NCBI GenBank assembly: GCA_033764315.1
Contig: JANRJA010000092.1
Coordinates: forward strand, 13,304-77,303
Direction of reading: 5' to 3'
DNA length: 64,000 nt
Source of the DNA: Oculatellaceae cyanobacterium bins.114
GTDB taxonomy: Bacteria > Cyanobacteriota > Cyanobacteriia > Elainellales > Elainellaceae
This document shows, in pieces, positions 61,989 through 64,000 of the stretch. The position numbers and the translations under genes are program-made. The notes beneath the pieces are model-generated. The model had not been told where the DNA came from. It saw only the letters and a program-made list of their open reading frames with translations, and searched no databases. How positions within the stretch are numbered: position 1 is the stretch's first letter; every line of letters starts with the position of its first letter.

Positions 61989-62540
61989 ATGCCTGATCAA
62001 GACACGCAACGTCTGCAAATGATTTTGGCTAATTCCCCTGTGGGATTGGTGTTACCTGCGATCGCCCGTCTAGAGTTACCCAACTGGTGGGTAGCAGGAG
62101 GTGCCGTTCGCAATACGGTGTGGCGATCGCTATTGGGTGAAGGTTGCAAACTGGTGATCAAAGACTTTGATATCGCTTTCTTTGACGCTCAGGGCGATCG
62201 TGCTCAAGAACTAGCCGCCAAAGAAGGGTTAACACAGCAGTTTCCCAATCATCAATTTGATGTCAAAAACCAGGCCAGTTTTGCCCGTTGGCGCACTGGA
62301 CGCAGAACCTATAACAGCACTGAAGATGGTATTGCTGATTGGTTACACACAGCAACAGCCGTTGGTGTTCGGTTAGATATACAAGGCAACTGGCAGTTCT
62401 TCATTCCCTACGGCTTGGATGATTTGTTCAATGGAGTGATTCGCCCAACCCCATCTCACTATCAAGATCCAGCAGCGGAACAAAAAGCGGTCTCTTTTTT
62501 GCAACACTGTCCCTGTTTATCCTTAAGTGACGATCCATAA
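61989..62540 (+). CDS. Nucleotidyltransferase family protein (DUF925-like)
   Basis: AGGAVRNTVW, DFDIAFFD, VKNQA, PYGLDDL. Confidence 0.8.
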   Translation: MPDQDTQRLQMILANSPVGLVLPAIARLELPNWWVAGGAVRNTVWRSLLGEGCKLVIKDFDIAFFDAQGDRAQELAAKEGLTQQFPNHQFDVKNQASFARWRTGRRTYNSTEDGIADWLHTATAVGVRLDIQGNWQFFIPYGLDDLFNGVIRPTPSHYQDPAAEQKAVSFLQHCPCLSLSDDP

Positions 62541-62623
62541 TGACTGCATTGGTGGCAGTAAAGCACTCTATCAAATGGCGATCGCACTACACTAAGTTAT
62601 AGAGCTTTGGAGGCGATAACACT

Positions 62624-63553
62624 GTGAACCCTTCAGATTCTATAAATACAGACATAACCGTTGGTAAAGTGCTGTTAATCGGCGTGACCGGGGGAACAGG
62701 TAGCAATGCGGTCAAAGGACTGCTCGAACAAAATGTGACGGATCTGCGGGCAATTACCCGCAAGATAGACCTTGAACGGCCTTCCTTATCCAAACTACAT
62801 GCCAGTGGGGTTGAGCTAGTCGAAGCTAATCTTGATGATGAAGCTTCATTAGCAGCAGCTTTTGCAGGAGTTTCAGCCGTTTACTGTCACGCCACCGCTC
62901 CAGATTCGGTCAAGCCCGATCCACAAGAAATTGTCAGGGCAGAGCGAGTTGCACGAGTAGCTAAACAAGCCAATGTCAGTCACTTTGTCTACAATTCTGC
63001 TGGTGGGAGCGATCGCCAATCTGGCATTCCCCACATTGAGCAAAAACACCAAGTAGAGCAAATTCTAAAGCGAGCAAATTTACCCACGACCATGCTGCGA
63101 GCTTGTCTGTTTATGGAGGAATTCTGGAAGCAATACACCCGACCCTCTATTCTCAAAGGGACTTTTTCCTTTGCCGTTCAACCCGACAGACCCCTTCATC
63201 TAATTACAACAAAAGATATGGGGCGAGTGGCTGCCCATGTGATGAAACATCGTTCTCAATACGTAGGTCAAGCCATTGAGTTGGCTGGAGATGTATTAAC
63301 CCCCAAACAAATGGCAGAGGCGTTTGCTAGAGCACAGAGAAGACTGGTCATCTACCAAGAGATTCCTCCCTGGATTTTCTTGCTGTTGTTTCGCAAGTCG
63401 CTGTTTGATTTAATCCAGTGGTACCGCAAACAAGGCTATCAAGCAGATGTCCCCTACTTGCAAAAGGCGTTTCCCGGACTTCTAACCCCCTTTACCCAAT
63501 TTTTAGAAGAAACTAATTGGGCAAATACAGCCTTGACATATCAAGATTTGTAG
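62624..63553 (+). CDS. NmrA/HSCARG family protein
   Basis: GVTGGTG Rossmann motif; IPHIEQK. Confidence 0.85.
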   Translation: MNPSDSINTDITVGKVLLIGVTGGTGSNAVKGLLEQNVTDLRAITRKIDLERPSLSKLHASGVELVEANLDDEASLAAAFAGVSAVYCHATAPDSVKPDPQEIVRAERVARVAKQANVSHFVYNSAGGSDRQSGIPHIEQKHQVEQILKRANLPTTMLRACLFMEEFWKQYTRPSILKGTFSFAVQPDRPLHLITTKDMGRVAAHVMKHRSQYVGQAIELAGDVLTPKQMAEAFARAQRRLVIYQEIPPWIFLLLFRKSLFDLIQWYRKQGYQADVPYLQKAFPGLLTPFTQFLEETNWANTALTYQDL

Positions 63554-63594
63554 ATTTCTAAAGACCGAATACGATGCGAGCAGACGAGGTGAAA

Positions 63595-63801
63595 CTACAA
63601 AGCTTCAAGATCCGATTCTAGTAATGTAATCGTTGTTTCATGACCAACCCGACCCATGCTAGGTTCAGGTCCCATTGGCATCTCAACGGTATAGGTCCAG
63701 GTTCCTGCATTGGGTTGATATCCTGTAATCGTACCTTCGCCCCCCAAAAACCGAACCGCTTGATTTCTGCAAAATCGAGGAGCCGCCGCTATAAGAGACA
63801 T
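63595..63801 (-). CDS. Small conserved hypothetical protein
   Basis: AAGGA RBS; VRFLGGEG..WTYTVEM..GRVG.ETTI. Confidence 0.55.
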   Translation of the reverse strand: MSLIAAAPRFCRNQAVRFLGGEGTITGYQPNAGTWTYTVEMPMGPEPSMGRVGHETTITLLESDLEAL

Positions 63802-64000
63802 ATTAATATCATTCCTTTCTAAATGTGCTAGGTGTCGCTATCTAGTGATGTAAATCAGTAAACCCACAAACAGCTAACTGATCATTAAACTTAATCGGAA
63901 ATAGCTAGATTAGTAGAAAAAGGTTGAGGGTAAACTGCGGGGCTTAGAATGCTGTCTTACGAGCAAGTTCAAAACAAACCACAAGTACTACAAAGCTTAA

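Overview
Cyanobacterial chromosome segment (very frequent HIP1 GCGATCGC sites; gene content typical of filamentous taxa). The left arm (1-33 kb) carries signalling, transport and conflict genes: a cyclase-kinase fusion, a REP-associated transposase, a TIR-AAA/AAA-TPR pair, a sugar ABC transporter, a triple-TIR/Cache receptor and a 10-PAS histidine kinase, plus many MITE/REP-like repeats. The centre (about 33.0-50.0 kb) is a 16.9-kb plasmid-like island at tRNA-Val(TAC), bounded by a 93-bp direct repeat. It encodes a split CyRepA1-type primase/helicase, ribbon-helix-helix regulators and a tightly coupled operon of ParM-like actin, small membrane proteins, an FtsK/HerA-type ATPase and a lysozyme-like+M23 wall hydrolase. 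I recognise no integrase, relaxase, T4SS or capsid genes in it. A relic end of a type V-K CAST/Tn7-like transposon sits 61 bp from the tRNA T-loop GTT. The right arm has rbp-rpsU-infC, sbtAB with a Tat-type beta-carbonic anhydrase, and a degenerate GAF-PAS cyclase. All calls come from reading motifs by eye; no searches were run.
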